Shown: piece after piece, positions 8,999 to 19,636 of the stretch
Position numbering within the stretch: position 1 is the stretch's first letter
How the letters are laid out: each line of letters begins with the position of its first letter
From: Leptolyngbyaceae cyanobacterium
GTDB taxonomy: Bacteria > Cyanobacteriota > Cyanobacteriia > Phormidesmidales > Phormidesmidaceae
Length of the DNA: 64,000 nt
Assembly (NCBI GenBank): GCA_965263355.1
Contig: CBDHHL010000032.1
Coordinates: 2,688,001-2,752,000 of the forward strand
Direction: 5' to 3'
Notes under the pieces: model-generated
Database searches by the model: none
Told to the model about the DNA's origin: nothing
Seen by the model: only the letters and a program-made list of their open reading frames with translations
Translations under genes and position numbers: made by a program

Positions 8999-11713
8999 AT
9001 GTCATTCTGCCAAACATATACTGCGTGGAGGGCGTACCTAGGTTGTCTGGTTATAATGGCGATAGCTACACCAGGCTACGCTCAAGTCAGCCAGGTCATA
9101 GGCGATGGCACCGTCAATACATTGGTCAATGGAAACCTTTCCACTGCCTGCGCCAGTGGGCTCTGTACCGTTACCGGCGGTACCCAGGTTAATGACAGCC
9201 TCTTCCACAGTTTTGATCAATTTTCACTCCAGACAGGTGATGAGGCTCGGTTTGACAATACCGGTATCGACACCATTTTTAGTCGGGTAACTGGCGGGGG
9301 TTCATTCATTGATGGCATCATCAGCACCACCGCCACCACACCCACGGATATTTTTCTTCTCAATCCCCAGGGTGTTCTTTTTGGTGCCAATGCCACCCTG
9401 AATATCAATGGTTCTTTTTTTACCAGCACCGCCGATAGTATCGTTTTTGATAACGGCGCTACATTTAGCGCTAGCGCCCCCACTCAGCTAGGCGGTCTCT
9501 TAAGCATTAGCACCCCCATCGGCCTACAGTACGGCACCAATCCAGGGGCCATTGACATCCAGGGACCTGGACACCAGCTTCAGTTATTTCCCTCGCTTGA
9601 ATTTGATCGGACGAATCGCCCGGACGGCCTCAGACTAAACAGTGGCGAAACCCTGGCTCTTTTTGGGGGTCCCATTATCTTTAATGGAGGCAACGTGACT
9701 GTCGCTGGCGGGCATGTGGAACTGGCCAGTGCCGACAGCAACAGTTTCATTGGCCTGACAAAACCATCGGGTAATTGGGAATTTGACTATACCCAGGCGA
9801 GTTTGCAAGATATTGCCCTCGCTAATGCCAGCTCTATTGATGTGAGTGCAGTGGATGGGGGCTCGATTGGTGTGCGGGCAGACGCTCTATCCCTGGTAGA
9901 TGGCTCTGTGATGGTGGCCAATTTGCTGGGAACCGGTACCGGGGGAGGCATCACCGTTGAAACTGAGAGTCTTTTAGTGCGCGATCGCAGCGGCGATGTC
10001 AAAAGTGGTCTCTACAGCGATGTGGAGTTTCTGGCTACTGGCCAGGGCGGTCCCCTCGACATACAGACCCAACAGTTGACTGTTCTCAATGCCGGTGAAC
10101 TCTCCGCCAATACCTACTGGGACGGCAGCGCAGGCAACGTTACGGTAAACGCCAATGCCATCACCATGACCGGGGACAGTTTTATCGTTTCATTTGGTGA
10201 TTTTTTTGCATCAGGCAATACGGGCGATGTCACTGTGACGGCCAACACCATTGACTTGAGGGATGGGGCCCAGATTGCCACCACAAACTTTGGTGCCGGT
10301 AATACCGGTGTTATGCGAGTCAGTGCAGACCAATTATTTTTTCAAGGGGTGGGAGCCGATGGCTTCACCCAAAGTGGATTAGAGTCTTTCGGAGAGATCA
10401 GCAACGGTGGCACCATTCTTGTCAATGCCGAGACTATTCAGCTAGTCGATGGTGGTTTTATATCAGCCAGTACTGTTGGGAGCGCATCTGGCGGAGATAT
10501 CACCGTTAGTGCCAATAGCTTAGAAGCCACCGGAGGAACACTTGATGGTAGTCCCAGCGGTGTTTTCAGCACCGTATTTCCAGATGCTACTGGAGATGGC
10601 GGTAGTCTGTTCCTGCTGGTTGACCAGCTGAGCCTGGCTGATGGTGCAGGTATTAATGTGAGCACCTTTGGTGATGGGAATGCAGGCAACTTGGCTATTC
10701 GCTCTCAAACAATCGATCTGGCGGGTGTGGCGTTCAATGGACGTACAGCCATAGGTTCTAACGCCATTCTGGGAACTGGGGACGGCGGCAATATTGACAT
10801 TCAAGCCGACCAGGTTAATATTCGCGACGGTGCAACAGTTACCGTTGGTAATTTTCAAACCCTAGGTGTTTTATCTCCAGGCCAGGGGGCTCCTGGCAAC
10901 ATCACCATTGCGGCCAATGGGCTGGCCTTGAATAACGACGCCACGATTGTTGCTGATACCTTTTCGGCTGACAACAGCCTCGGTAATATTGTGCTGGATT
11001 TGGACACCCTCACCCTGCAGCAGGGCAGTCGCATTAGCACCAACGCCCAGGGCAGCTCCACCGGGGGCAACATCACAATCAATGCCATCGCGCTAGTTGC
11101 CAGGGAGAATAGCGATATTTCTGCCAATGCGCAGCAAGGTATCGGCGGTCGGATTGTGGTTAATGCCAATCAGATTCTGGGGACCGAATTTCGTCCTCGA
11201 CTTACCCCAGAAAGTGACATTACCGCCAGTTCCGATCTGGGTCCCAGCTTTGGCGGCACTGTTGAACTCAACACCTCTTACATAGAACCTATCCAGGGTA
11301 TCGCCACCCTACCAACCGATACGGTAGACAGAGAGCAACAGGTAGCCCGTCAATGCTCTGCTGAGGTTAATTCCCTTGTGATTAGCGGTCAGGGTGGCCT
11401 TGCAAAAGACCCGACCCAACCCCTGCAAGGAAACACTATTTGGAATGATTTACGACTAACTCTTTCAGCACCATTATCCCGGAACCACACGTTACCAGAA
11501 TCAATTTTGACTGGTGAAATGTACGGCGGTGATATGGCTGACACCGAACATCACTTGCAAGCTCAGCCCCGTATCTCCCCAGGGAGTAATCTTGTAGAGG
11601 CACAGGCAGTCGATATCGAAAACGGCCAGGTTCGACTCCTCGCAATGTCGCCTGTGGCAGCAAATTTGCTAAATCCGGAAACATGTAGCGTCGCACCATC
11701 TACAACAACTTAA
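8999..11713 (+). CDS. filamentous haemagglutinin N-terminal (TPS) domain exoprotein
   Basis: Signal peptide ending GYAQ, LFHSFDQFS, FSRVTGG, FLLNPQGVLFG (NPxG TPS motif), Gly-rich beta-helix repeats, ENSDISANA, SDITASS. Confidence 0.92.
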   Translation: MSFCQTYTAWRAYLGCLVIMAIATPGYAQVSQVIGDGTVNTLVNGNLSTACASGLCTVTGGTQVNDSLFHSFDQFSLQTGDEARFDNTGIDTIFSRVTGGGSFIDGIISTTATTPTDIFLLNPQGVLFGANATLNINGSFFTSTADSIVFDNGATFSASAPTQLGGLLSISTPIGLQYGTNPGAIDIQGPGHQLQLFPSLEFDRTNRPDGLRLNSGETLALFGGPIIFNGGNVTVAGGHVELASADSNSFIGLTKPSGNWEFDYTQASLQDIALANASSIDVSAVDGGSIGVRADALSLVDGSVMVANLLGTGTGGGITVETESLLVRDRSGDVKSGLYSDVEFLATGQGGPLDIQTQQLTVLNAGELSANTYWDGSAGNVTVNANAITMTGDSFIVSFGDFFASGNTGDVTVTANTIDLRDGAQIATTNFGAGNTGVMRVSADQLFFQGVGADGFTQSGLESFGEISNGGTILVNAETIQLVDGGFISASTVGSASGGDITVSANSLEATGGTLDGSPSGVFSTVFPDATGDGGSLFLLVDQLSLADGAGINVSTFGDGNAGNLAIRSQTIDLAGVAFNGRTAIGSNAILGTGDGGNIDIQADQVNIRDGATVTVGNFQTLGVLSPGQGAPGNITIAANGLALNNDATIVADTFSADNSLGNIVLDLDTLTLQQGSRISTNAQGSSTGGNITINAIALVARENSDISANAQQGIGGRIVVNANQILGTEFRPRLTPESDITASSDLGPSFGGTVELNTSYIEPIQGIATLPTDTVDREQQVARQCSAEVNSLVISGQGGLAKDPTQPLQGNTIWNDLRLTLSAPLSRNHTLPESILTGEMYGGDMADTEHHLQAQPRISPGSNLVEAQAVDIENGQVRLLAMSPVAANLLNPETCSVAPSTTT

Positions 11714-12029
11714 TTTCCCCTATGGCTGTGCCCCACTGGGGTGAACCCATTAATTGCCCATTAACCACTCATCCCATAAAAAACCGATGTCAGTTCAGGG
11801 GGCATCAGGACCGCAGCCTGGCTCTTAGAAAAGTCTGCTAACGCTTCCCAGGCCGTCCCCATGAGCTGATTGGGCTGGAGATCGCCAATGGCTTGCCTAG
11901 GCTGCCCGTTTGGGCGAGGCGGAGCCTTCTGGGATTGGTCCAGGCGGAGCCTGGGCCTTGGAGGATTGGGGAATGGCCGGTGATGGCGTTCAAGTATTCG
12001 TGTTATCCCAATTAGGCAAACTGGGGTTT

Positions 12030-12096
12030 CCCCCTGGTTAGGGCCGGGACGCCGCCCTAAGACCCAGCGTACTGGGTTATCTCTAATGGCATTCAG
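12030..12096 (+). repeat. GC-rich dispersed repeat (homologue at 41949-42015)
   Basis: CCCCTGGTTAGGGCCGGGACGCCGCCCTAAGACCCAGCGTA vs CCCCTTGGCCAGGGCCGGAACGCCGCTCTAGGATCCACCGTA. Confidence 0.6.
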
Positions 12097-12225
12097 TTTT
12101 GGGCTACGGCGAGGTCGATTATCAGTGTTTTGGATCTATTTCTGCGAAAGATTTAGCATGTAAAACCCAAATCGCGAAGTTGTTTATTAATGATTTCTAA
12201 CAATGCTCTAATTAACCACAACTCC

Positions 12226-12984
12226 CTACCGCACCATTGCCTCAAACTTCTCTTCCCATTTCTCATGATTTAACTTTGCCTCCTGAACAATCGACGACGA
12301 AGTAATCATCCTGTTAACCGCCCAATTCAATAAAGAAACCGGAAAATTCAACGGGCGAGCAATATCTAAAAACAAAACCACACGATAACTATCCGTGTTG
12401 TTCCACACCTCATGATAAAAAGTGTCATCAAAGATCAAACTTTTCCCTTCTTCCCAATAAGCAGTTTGACCATCCACCTGAATCCAACATTTCTCTTTCG
12501 GCTCCGGCACAATCAAACCAAGGTGATAGCGAATCACCCCCTTATGCTTGCCCCGATGTTTTGGAATATGTTTACCAGGGGCCAGAATCGAAAAAAATGC
12601 AACCTTAAGCCCTGGAATTTCCTTTAGTAGCTGAGTTGTCTTAGGACAACGCTCACAATTTTTAGTCGCCTCAAAGCCAAAGGCACAAAAGAAGTAAGTT
12701 TTCCAGAGATTGTCATTACTAATCTTGTACTGTCGTTTAGAAATATCCTGGAAGTTCGGCAACTCATCAACAGATTCCATGACCTGCTCTAGTTCCTGGC
12801 GAATCACTGACCAGTTTGTTTCCAACTTAGACACCCAGGGGAATTGGGACTGATCAAAAAAAACAGTATCCCCCACTTTAGACTGTTGAGCAATTAAATT
12901 CTCTAACCAGCCCGTTTTAATAACTAGCTGTTCTAGCTTTTTGACGGTGAAATTAACAACGTTATTCGTTAGTGAATTGGTCAT
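12226..12984 (-). CDS. aspartyl/asparaginyl beta-hydroxylase family (LpxO-like) Fe/2OG dioxygenase
   Basis: CPKTT, AFFSILAPGKHIPKHRG, RYHLGLIVP, FDDTFYHEVWN, RVVLFLDI. Confidence 0.9.
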   Translation of the reverse strand: MTNSLTNNVVNFTVKKLEQLVIKTGWLENLIAQQSKVGDTVFFDQSQFPWVSKLETNWSVIRQELEQVMESVDELPNFQDISKRQYKISNDNLWKTYFFCAFGFEATKNCERCPKTTQLLKEIPGLKVAFFSILAPGKHIPKHRGKHKGVIRYHLGLIVPEPKEKCWIQVDGQTAYWEEGKSLIFDDTFYHEVWNNTDSYRVVLFLDIARPLNFPVSLLNWAVNRMITSSSIVQEAKLNHEKWEEKFEAMVR

Positions 12985-13031
12985 GATAGCGGCAGTGATC
13001 AAATTGCTCCAGAGCAAAGGTATTTATACAA

Positions 13032-13100
13032 TAAACCACGTCCAAGGTGAAACCTGCGGATGCTTCACCAGAAAAACCACCATTCTGGCCGTGGGCAAGG
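13032..13100 (-). repeat. ~69-bp intergenic repeat, copy 1
   Basis: Reverse complement CCTTGCCCACGGCCAGAATGG...TTTCACCTTGGACGTGGTTTA matches the copies at 17532 and 20592. Confidence 0.7.
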
Positions 13101-13107
13101 GGTAAGC

Positions 13108-14796
13108 CTAGGGTTCAGCGTAAGTCAAATGCTGAATGACTTCGACATCCTTGAGCAGGGTGCGATCGCTACTAATGTGCGCTAACTTTGCCATGGACAC
13201 ATCATTGGCACCCTGGCTTACTTTCCGTTGACGTAAGCCTGCAAAGCTCCCCGATTTCAGGACATTTAGTGCAGGTGGGGCAATATCTTTTCTGGCCCGT
13301 TGCCCCCCATAATTAGCATTGGCCTCCTGTAGACGCTGGTCAAAGTCAGTCAGTAACTGCTGCGGATTTGTCAAGGCCTCATGGAGGGGTAACTCGATAT
13401 TCAATATATAGTATGGAGCAATAATATTATCCGAAAGCGTAATGCAAAACCCTTCCAGGTTCAGGGCATAGGCCGCTTGCAGCGCAGTCATCACTTGAAT
13501 CGCATGATATTCCGTAGTTTTCTCAGTAATGGCCGATAATGTGCCGCCTTGCCGATACCGAAATACAACGAGAGGAACGGTTTCATAAAAACCCACTACC
13601 TCAATCACATCGCCGATATTGTAACGGTAAAACCCTGAATAGTTGGTGATTAACAGCTGATAAAACCCACCCACTTTAACCTCATGGGGCAAGAGCGTCT
13701 TGGGACTAGTCGCATCCCACTGATCGGTGGGAATAAACTCAATAAAATTACTCTCGATGGCCAGGATTGTTCCATCTGTATTAAACTCATGATGAATGCC
13801 AATGACTGCTTCAGCAGCGGCATAGGTCCCCCCAAAAATGGGACAATCACCAAAGTACTCTGGAAATTTCTCAAAGTAAAAATCAGAGGGGCCTCCCCGA
13901 GCTGTGATTAATAGTTCTAAATGGGGCCACACCCGTTGGGGCCGCAGACAGCCATCAGATTTTAGAATATGTCGCAGTTGCTCAGCTCGTTTGGGAGCAG
14001 CGGTCAACATTCGTTGAAGGTTTGCCCGTCGCTCGGTTTCGATGGCAAGCCAGGCCGGAATTTCACCACAGGCTAAGGCTTTGATCAGGCAGTCTCCATA
14101 GGTTTCCAAATACACACCAAGCTGGAGTAGATGGATGGGAAATAGTCCAGAAATAATCCGTAAATTAGGATTCCGCAGGGCAAACAGCAGCGACAGGTAA
14201 TGACGCGCTAAGGTATCTGCCACTAGCAGCACTTCAAAGGGCTGCACATTGATCACTTGGGTGAGCCAATTCCGACTTGAGCGCTGATGATTACTACTGG
14301 TATGGCCATAGATAATGCCGCCACTGGTACGACCCTTGGGTTTTGCCGAAGCGGTGAAGAGCATTTGCCCCAGGGAAAATTTCTTACGCCGAGCCGCCGC
14401 TAGGAAAAAGCACGTTGCAATTTGATTGGCCTGGGCACGTTTTTGTTGCGATCGCACTGTAATGGGGATCAGTTTTTGTTTACCCGTTGAACCGCTGCTG
14501 AAATTAATATAGATAACCGGGTCAGGGCTAATCACATTAGTTTCCCCGGCGGCTACTCGCTCAAAGTAGTGCTCATAGTGGCCATAGGAGGACGGCGGAA
14601 CCTGGTTACGAAACTGGTCCACTGTGGTTATGGCGGTTAAGTTTAGCGACTGACCTAGCTTGGTTCCTTGATGGTCATGGATGAGGGATTGTAGAAATTT
14701 TTCCTGAATTGCAGTCATCTGATGTAGCTTGCGATTAAACGCTATCGTTTGCAAACGAGTCGCAGACTCCACCAAGGGCAATACAAGATTGATCAT
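13108..14796 (-). CDS. GH3 family acyl-adenylate/acyl-amido synthetase
   Basis: SSGSTGKQKLIP, YAAAEA, ITNYSGFYRYNIGD motifs. Confidence 0.9.
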   Translation of the reverse strand: MINLVLPLVESATRLQTIAFNRKLHQMTAIQEKFLQSLIHDHQGTKLGQSLNLTAITTVDQFRNQVPPSSYGHYEHYFERVAAGETNVISPDPVIYINFSSGSTGKQKLIPITVRSQQKRAQANQIATCFFLAAARRKKFSLGQMLFTASAKPKGRTSGGIIYGHTSSNHQRSSRNWLTQVINVQPFEVLLVADTLARHYLSLLFALRNPNLRIISGLFPIHLLQLGVYLETYGDCLIKALACGEIPAWLAIETERRANLQRMLTAAPKRAEQLRHILKSDGCLRPQRVWPHLELLITARGGPSDFYFEKFPEYFGDCPIFGGTYAAAEAVIGIHHEFNTDGTILAIESNFIEFIPTDQWDATSPKTLLPHEVKVGGFYQLLITNYSGFYRYNIGDVIEVVGFYETVPLVVFRYRQGGTLSAITEKTTEYHAIQVMTALQAAYALNLEGFCITLSDNIIAPYYILNIELPLHEALTNPQQLLTDFDQRLQEANANYGGQRARKDIAPPALNVLKSGSFAGLRQRKVSQGANDVSMAKLAHISSDRTLLKDVEVIQHLTYAEP

Positions 14797-15575
14797 TACA
14801 TTATGTTAAATAGGCCTGATTGAAGCATAGCCGTAAAGAGAGGAAAAAAATAGACGCCTTTAGTAGACGCCTCTATGGAATTCTCCCACTGATAGCCATA
14901 GACGGTGAACACAGATAAACTACAGTCTTTAGTTATCACGACAAAATATGTTTACTACTCAATGGGCTTATTAAAAATTAAGCTCATGGTTTTAGGTGAT
15001 AGTTTGAACAACTGGTGTGGAGTTTAAAGCTATTGCTTGGGGTCCCTACGTGTTCCCTTTCCGGATGCACTTAAGTTATCTCTTTTAGGCAAATCATGAG
15101 GTTATTGCTTAACGGGGACAATAACAATATTGTTGACTCCGATTATTGGCACATTAAAATTGTGAAATTCTAAAATCTTTGGCTGCCATCAATACTGAGA
15201 TATTTCTTACTTGTCATACTGAGGCATCTTTTTCTGGCCATGGCTATTATGGGGGTTATATTTAATTATAGTGTTAAGCTTTAATTAAACAGTCTTAAAC
15301 AGAAAAAGTTACTTCATTAACGAAGTTTCTGATTGACTCAGGTGTATCAAAATAAAATTCACATCAGGTGCGATTCTATATCTGACTATTAAAAATTTTC
15401 TTACTATCAAGGCATCAAATATATCCGGATAATTATCGATAACCTTTTCTCACCCTCTTTCCGACTTTCGAATTCTGAAGCTATCTGACTCATCATTTTT
15501 TCAGCAACTCATCAGGTTCATTTCATATGAGCGAAATAGCTTGGAACTATATCGCGACGTCCTTCGGAAGTTCTT

Positions 15576-16055
15576 ATGAAACCCTATTGGCTTCCTCTCC
15601 TAGTTTTAGGTACTCACTTGAGTGTCTTTACGCCTAGCGCTTTGGCTGTTGAATCCGAGACCATTGCTAAACCTGTAACAAATGTCGAGACATCACAGAC
15701 AGGCTTTAATAAATGGGAAGACCCTTGGCAAAGTGAACTGGATGCTGATACCTCTTTAGAAAAAGGGTTTCATCGTCGCAGAAGACGGCGTAGTGGCTTA
15801 CGCCACAGGGACCGTAACAGAAGATTACGTTACAGGACAGGTCGAGCACAGGTTATCATTATCCGCAGAGGTGACCGTCATGATGTATTCCGCCAGGGTG
15901 AATTTCGGCGAGGTGATATTTTCTTCCGGAATGATCCATTCCGTTCTGACAGATTTCATCGTGATTCTTTCAGACGCAATCGCCTCCGCCATAATCGTTT
16001 CTATGATGACAGATTTGATTATGATGGATTTCGCCTCATTATTAGAGGTGACTGA
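15576..16055 (+). CDS. secreted Arg-rich low-complexity hypothetical protein
   Basis: Signal peptide ending PSALA, acidic linker, C-terminal R/D/F/H-rich half (FHRRRRRRSG...DRF). Confidence 0.7.
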   Translation: MKPYWLPLLVLGTHLSVFTPSALAVESETIAKPVTNVETSQTGFNKWEDPWQSELDADTSLEKGFHRRRRRRSGLRHRDRNRRLRYRTGRAQVIIIRRGDRHDVFRQGEFRRGDIFFRNDPFRSDRFHRDSFRRNRLRHNRFYDDRFDYDGFRLIIRGD

Positions 16056-16360
16056 GTCAATGGTTAATCATCTCAAGTAGAGATTCGATCTTTACTCTTC
16101 TAATGGTTAACCCACACGTCAGGAATAGGGTTGATTTCTTTAAGGTTGCCTCAAGCAAACTTGCGAAAGTGATTCAATCCTTATTTCTAAATAACTTTTT
16201 ATCTAGACTGGGGAACTATACTGCTGATTCCAAGTTCTTATATCTCAAGTTTGACAGATCTTATTCTGCGGTGTCCTATACTTAATAAGACTGTAGAAAT
16301 CCAGGGATGCATCGTTGATTTTCAATTCAATTTACGATGTAGTTATTATTCAAATTACTA

Positions 16361-17515
16361 ATGGCTAATCTGTTTGCGATAATGCAGCCCAAACGCTATC
16401 GTTCATTGCTTCAAGTTGCTGTCGCTAGTCTTTCACTCACCAGTCTTGTTGCTTGTACTGGGCCTTCTGATACTACCCAAACAGACAATACTGATACTGA
16501 TAAAGGAGCTGCAGCAGTCAGTAGTCCTCTAACTGAGAAAGTAGCATTGACTGGTGCTGGTGCATCCTTTCCCTCCCCTCTTTACCAAAACTGGTTTATT
16601 CAACTTAATAAGGATATCCCTGAACTACAGGTGAATTATCAATCTGTTGGTAGTGGTGCTGGGATTGAACAATTTACCGCTAAGACAGTGGATTTTGGCG
16701 CTAGTGATGTCGCCATGAAGGATGAGGAAATCGCGGCTGTTGCCGATGGTACTATCTTATTGCCGATGACCGCTGGCAGCGTGGTGTTAGCCTATAACCT
16801 ACCTGGGATTGAGAGTGGTTTGAAACTCCCCCGTGAGGTCTATGTTGACATTCTATTAGGTAAAATCACCCAGTGGAATGATGACAGTATTGCTACCGCT
16901 AACCCAGATGTGACGTTGCCAGATACTGCGATTACTGTTGTTCATCGCTCTGATGGTAGTGGTACCACTGGTGTGTTCACCAAGCATTTAAGTGCGATCA
17001 GCACAGAATGGCAAGACACGATTGGTGAAGGAAAGAGTGTAGAATGGCCCACCTCCGGTAACTTTGTCGGAGCGAAAGGTAGTGAGGGCATGACGGCTCA
17101 ATTGCAACAAACCGAGGGAGCCATTGGTTATGTCGAATATGGCTTTGCTAACAACAATGGGTTAGCGATCGCAGCCCTGGAAAATAAGGCGGGTAAGTTT
17201 ATTGAACCCACCCCTGAAAGTGCATCGGCTACCCTTGACGCGATTGAACTACCCGACAATTTGCGGGCATTTATTACTGATCCAGAAGGAGACGGCTCTT
17301 ATCCAGTGGTGACCTACACCTGGATGTTAGCCTATGAGAAGTATGATGATCCGCAGCAGGCAATCGCCATGGAACTTATGATCCAGAACGGGTTAACCAA
17401 AGGACAAGCCGAGGCTGAAAAATTAGGCTACGTGCCGTTACCTCAATCTGTGCGAGAGCGCGTTGCTGCAGCAGCAGATGTGATTTCCCCTGATTATGAA
17501 ATCACCTTGAACTAA
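16361..17515 (+). CDS. pstS: phosphate ABC transporter substrate-binding lipoprotein
   Basis: Lipobox LVAC, GAGASFP, YQSVGSGAG, DFGASD, HRSDGSGTT. Confidence 0.95.
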   Translation: MANLFAIMQPKRYRSLLQVAVASLSLTSLVACTGPSDTTQTDNTDTDKGAAAVSSPLTEKVALTGAGASFPSPLYQNWFIQLNKDIPELQVNYQSVGSGAGIEQFTAKTVDFGASDVAMKDEEIAAVADGTILLPMTAGSVVLAYNLPGIESGLKLPREVYVDILLGKITQWNDDSIATANPDVTLPDTAITVVHRSDGSGTTGVFTKHLSAISTEWQDTIGEGKSVEWPTSGNFVGAKGSEGMTAQLQQTEGAIGYVEYGFANNNGLAIAALENKAGKFIEPTPESASATLDAIELPDNLRAFITDPEGDGSYPVVTYTWMLAYEKYDDPQQAIAMELMIQNGLTKGQAEAEKLGYVPLPQSVRERVAAAADVISPDYEITLN

Positions 17516-17531
17516 TTGTGTTGGCCTAAGG

Positions 17532-17599
17532 CTTATCCACGTCCAGAACTTGAGTGTTTCCGTAGAGGAAATGACTGGTTTCACCATGGACGTGGTTTA
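17532..17599 (+). repeat. ~69-bp intergenic repeat, copy 2 (pstS-pstC)
   Basis: CCACGTCC...GGTTTCACCATGGACGTGGTTTA. Confidence 0.65.
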
Positions 17600-17649
17600 A
17601 GCTGGCTGAATCACCTGGTGGTTATTGTTTTGATTCTCTCCTTTAAAAT

Positions 17650-18636
17650 GTGATGACATCTTCTACTCAGCGGCCTCCTAGTTTATATCGTGCTGCCCGT
17701 TCAGGAAAACGGGGGCGCTCTACCCTAGAGAAATGGTTTGATCAGGGGTTTATTGGCCTGACTCAGATACTTGCGATCGCAGTCAGTCTGATTCTGGTTG
17801 TTATTTGTATAACGCTGACTACCAATGCACTCCCTGCCATTCAAACCCTCGGCTTAAAATTTTTAGTCACCACTAGCTGGAATCCAGTGGAGGGGAGAGA
17901 AACCTATGGCGCATTATCCATGATCTATGGCACTCTTGCCAGTTCTGCGATTGCGCTGTCGATAGCAGGTCCCTTAGCATTGGGCGCAGCTATCTGCCTC
18001 AGTGAAGATTTTATACCAATTAAAATCCGTACCGTTTTAATTTTCTTGGTTGAACTCTTAGCTGCCATTCCCAGTATTGTCTATGGACTCTGGGGTATTT
18101 TTGTATTAATTCCCATTACAAAAGAGATTGGCACCTGGCTACATAATACATTTGGCTGGATACCCTTTTTTAGTACGGCACCGGTTGGGCCAGGGCTTTT
18201 ACCCGCTAGTTTGGTATTAGCCATTATGATTTTGCCCATTATTACAACAATTTCGCGCGAGGCATTATCCTCCTTACCGCCTGAGTTACGTCAGGCCTCG
18301 TTAGGTCTAGGCGCAACTCGCTGGTATACCATTTTTAATGTTCTAATCCCTGCAGCTTTTTCAGGCATTATCGGCGCTATCATCCTGGCCATGGGTAGGG
18401 CCATGGGAGAAACTATGGCTGTCACCATGCTAATTGGTAATGCTAATCAGGTTAATCTCTCAGTGTTAGCCCCTGCCAATACAATTTCCTCATTACTCGC
18501 CAATCAGTTTGCTGAAGCTGATGGACTGCAAGTATCAGCCCTGATGTATGCAGCACTCGTACTTGTCGCTATGAGCTTGATGGTGAATATTTTGACAGAG
18601 TGGATTGTAAATCGGGTTAAGACCCAGTACGACTAA
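17650..18636 (+). CDS. pstC: phosphate ABC transporter permease
   Basis: ELLAAIPSIVYGLWG, LGATRW, GRAMGETMAV. Confidence 0.95.
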   Translation: MMTSSTQRPPSLYRAARSGKRGRSTLEKWFDQGFIGLTQILAIAVSLILVVICITLTTNALPAIQTLGLKFLVTTSWNPVEGRETYGALSMIYGTLASSAIALSIAGPLALGAAICLSEDFIPIKIRTVLIFLVELLAAIPSIVYGLWGIFVLIPITKEIGTWLHNTFGWIPFFSTAPVGPGLLPASLVLAIMILPIITTISREALSSLPPELRQASLGLGATRWYTIFNVLIPAAFSGIIGAIILAMGRAMGETMAVTMLIGNANQVNLSVLAPANTISSLLANQFAEADGLQVSALMYAALVLVAMSLMVNILTEWIVNRVKTQYD

Positions 18637-18694
18637 CCCTGGGCCTAATTGCCTAGTATTGGCTTTGCATATTATTCATCATCTTATACACGTC

Positions 18695-19636
18695 ATGACT
18701 CTACCGGCCAACTCCACTCTTCTGCCTGAGCGCAGAGAGAGTCCCCACGCTGCATCAGTTCTTCTTACCTCCTTTGATATTCGGGCTATCGAGAAAACGA
18801 CCCTGAGTAAATCAGCCCTGATGGGTAAGAGCATGACCACACTGGCTATAGCTTGTGTGGTTATTGCCCTAATCCCTCTATTTGCTGTCTTGACCCATGT
18901 GATACAACAAGGCATGGGGCGGCTGGACTTTGCCTTGTTAACCCAATTACCCTCTCCGCCCGGTTTAGCAGGGGGGGGGCTTGCCAATGCTATCTTAGGC
19001 ACTTTAATGGTGGTTGGTGTGGCCGTTTTCATTTCTGTTCCCTTAGGCATAGCCACTGCCATCTATGTGGCAGAATTTAGCCAGGGTAGCCAAATTGCCC
19101 GCTGGATTCGCTTTACCACCAATATGCTCAGCGGTATTCCATCGATTATTGCCGGTGTATTTGCCTATGGTTTACTGGTCAGAACTGGCTTGACAGGGTA
19201 TTCAGCGGTTGCTGGTGGCGTTGCCCTGTCAGTATTGATGCTGCCAACAATAATATTAGCCACCGATGAAGCCTTACAGTTAGTCCCGCAGGCGATCCGC
19301 TGGGCCGCTTTTAGCGTCGGTGCTTCCCATGCTCAGACCGTACTACAGATGGTGATTCCAGCGGCCATGCCCACCATTGTTACCGGTGTGATGTTGGCTG
19401 TTGCTCGCGCTGCCGGAGAAACAGCCCCCCTAATTTTTACAGCGCTCAGTTCTTCCTTCTGGCCCAATGGTTTTCTAGAACCCATCGCCACGTTGTCGGT
19501 ACTCGTTTTCAATTTTTCCACCTATCCCTTTGCACCACAACAGGCATTGGCCTGGGCTGGATCCCTAATTTTAGTGTTATTAGTTCTGATTGCTAGTATT
19601 GCAGCCCGTATGGCGACTAAACGCCAAATTTATTAA
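18695..19636 (+). CDS. pstA: phosphate ABC transporter permease
   Basis: [23 protein letters not shown] 18695 preferred. Confidence 0.95.
   Translation: MTLPANSTLLPERRESPHAASVLLTSFDIRAIEKTTLSKSALMGKSMTTLAIACVVIALIPLFAVLTHVIQQGMGRLDFALLTQLPSPPGLAGGGLANAILGTLMVVGVAVFISVPLGIATAIYVAEFSQGSQIARWIRFTTNMLSGIPSIIAGVFAYGLLVRTGLTGYSAVAGGVALSVLMLPTIILATDEALQLVPQAIRWAAFSVGASHAQTVLQMVIPAAMPTIVTGVMLAVARAAGETAPLIFTALSSSFWPNGFLEPIATLSVLVFNFSTYPFAPQQALAWAGSLILVLLVLIASIAARMATKRQIY

Noticed and set aside
15260..16360. Pho box upstream of pstS or the Arg-rich gene
   Set aside because: TTAA words are present (15262, 15274, 15285, 15295) but spacing is 12/11/10 in AT-rich DNA; not a convincing triple repeat.
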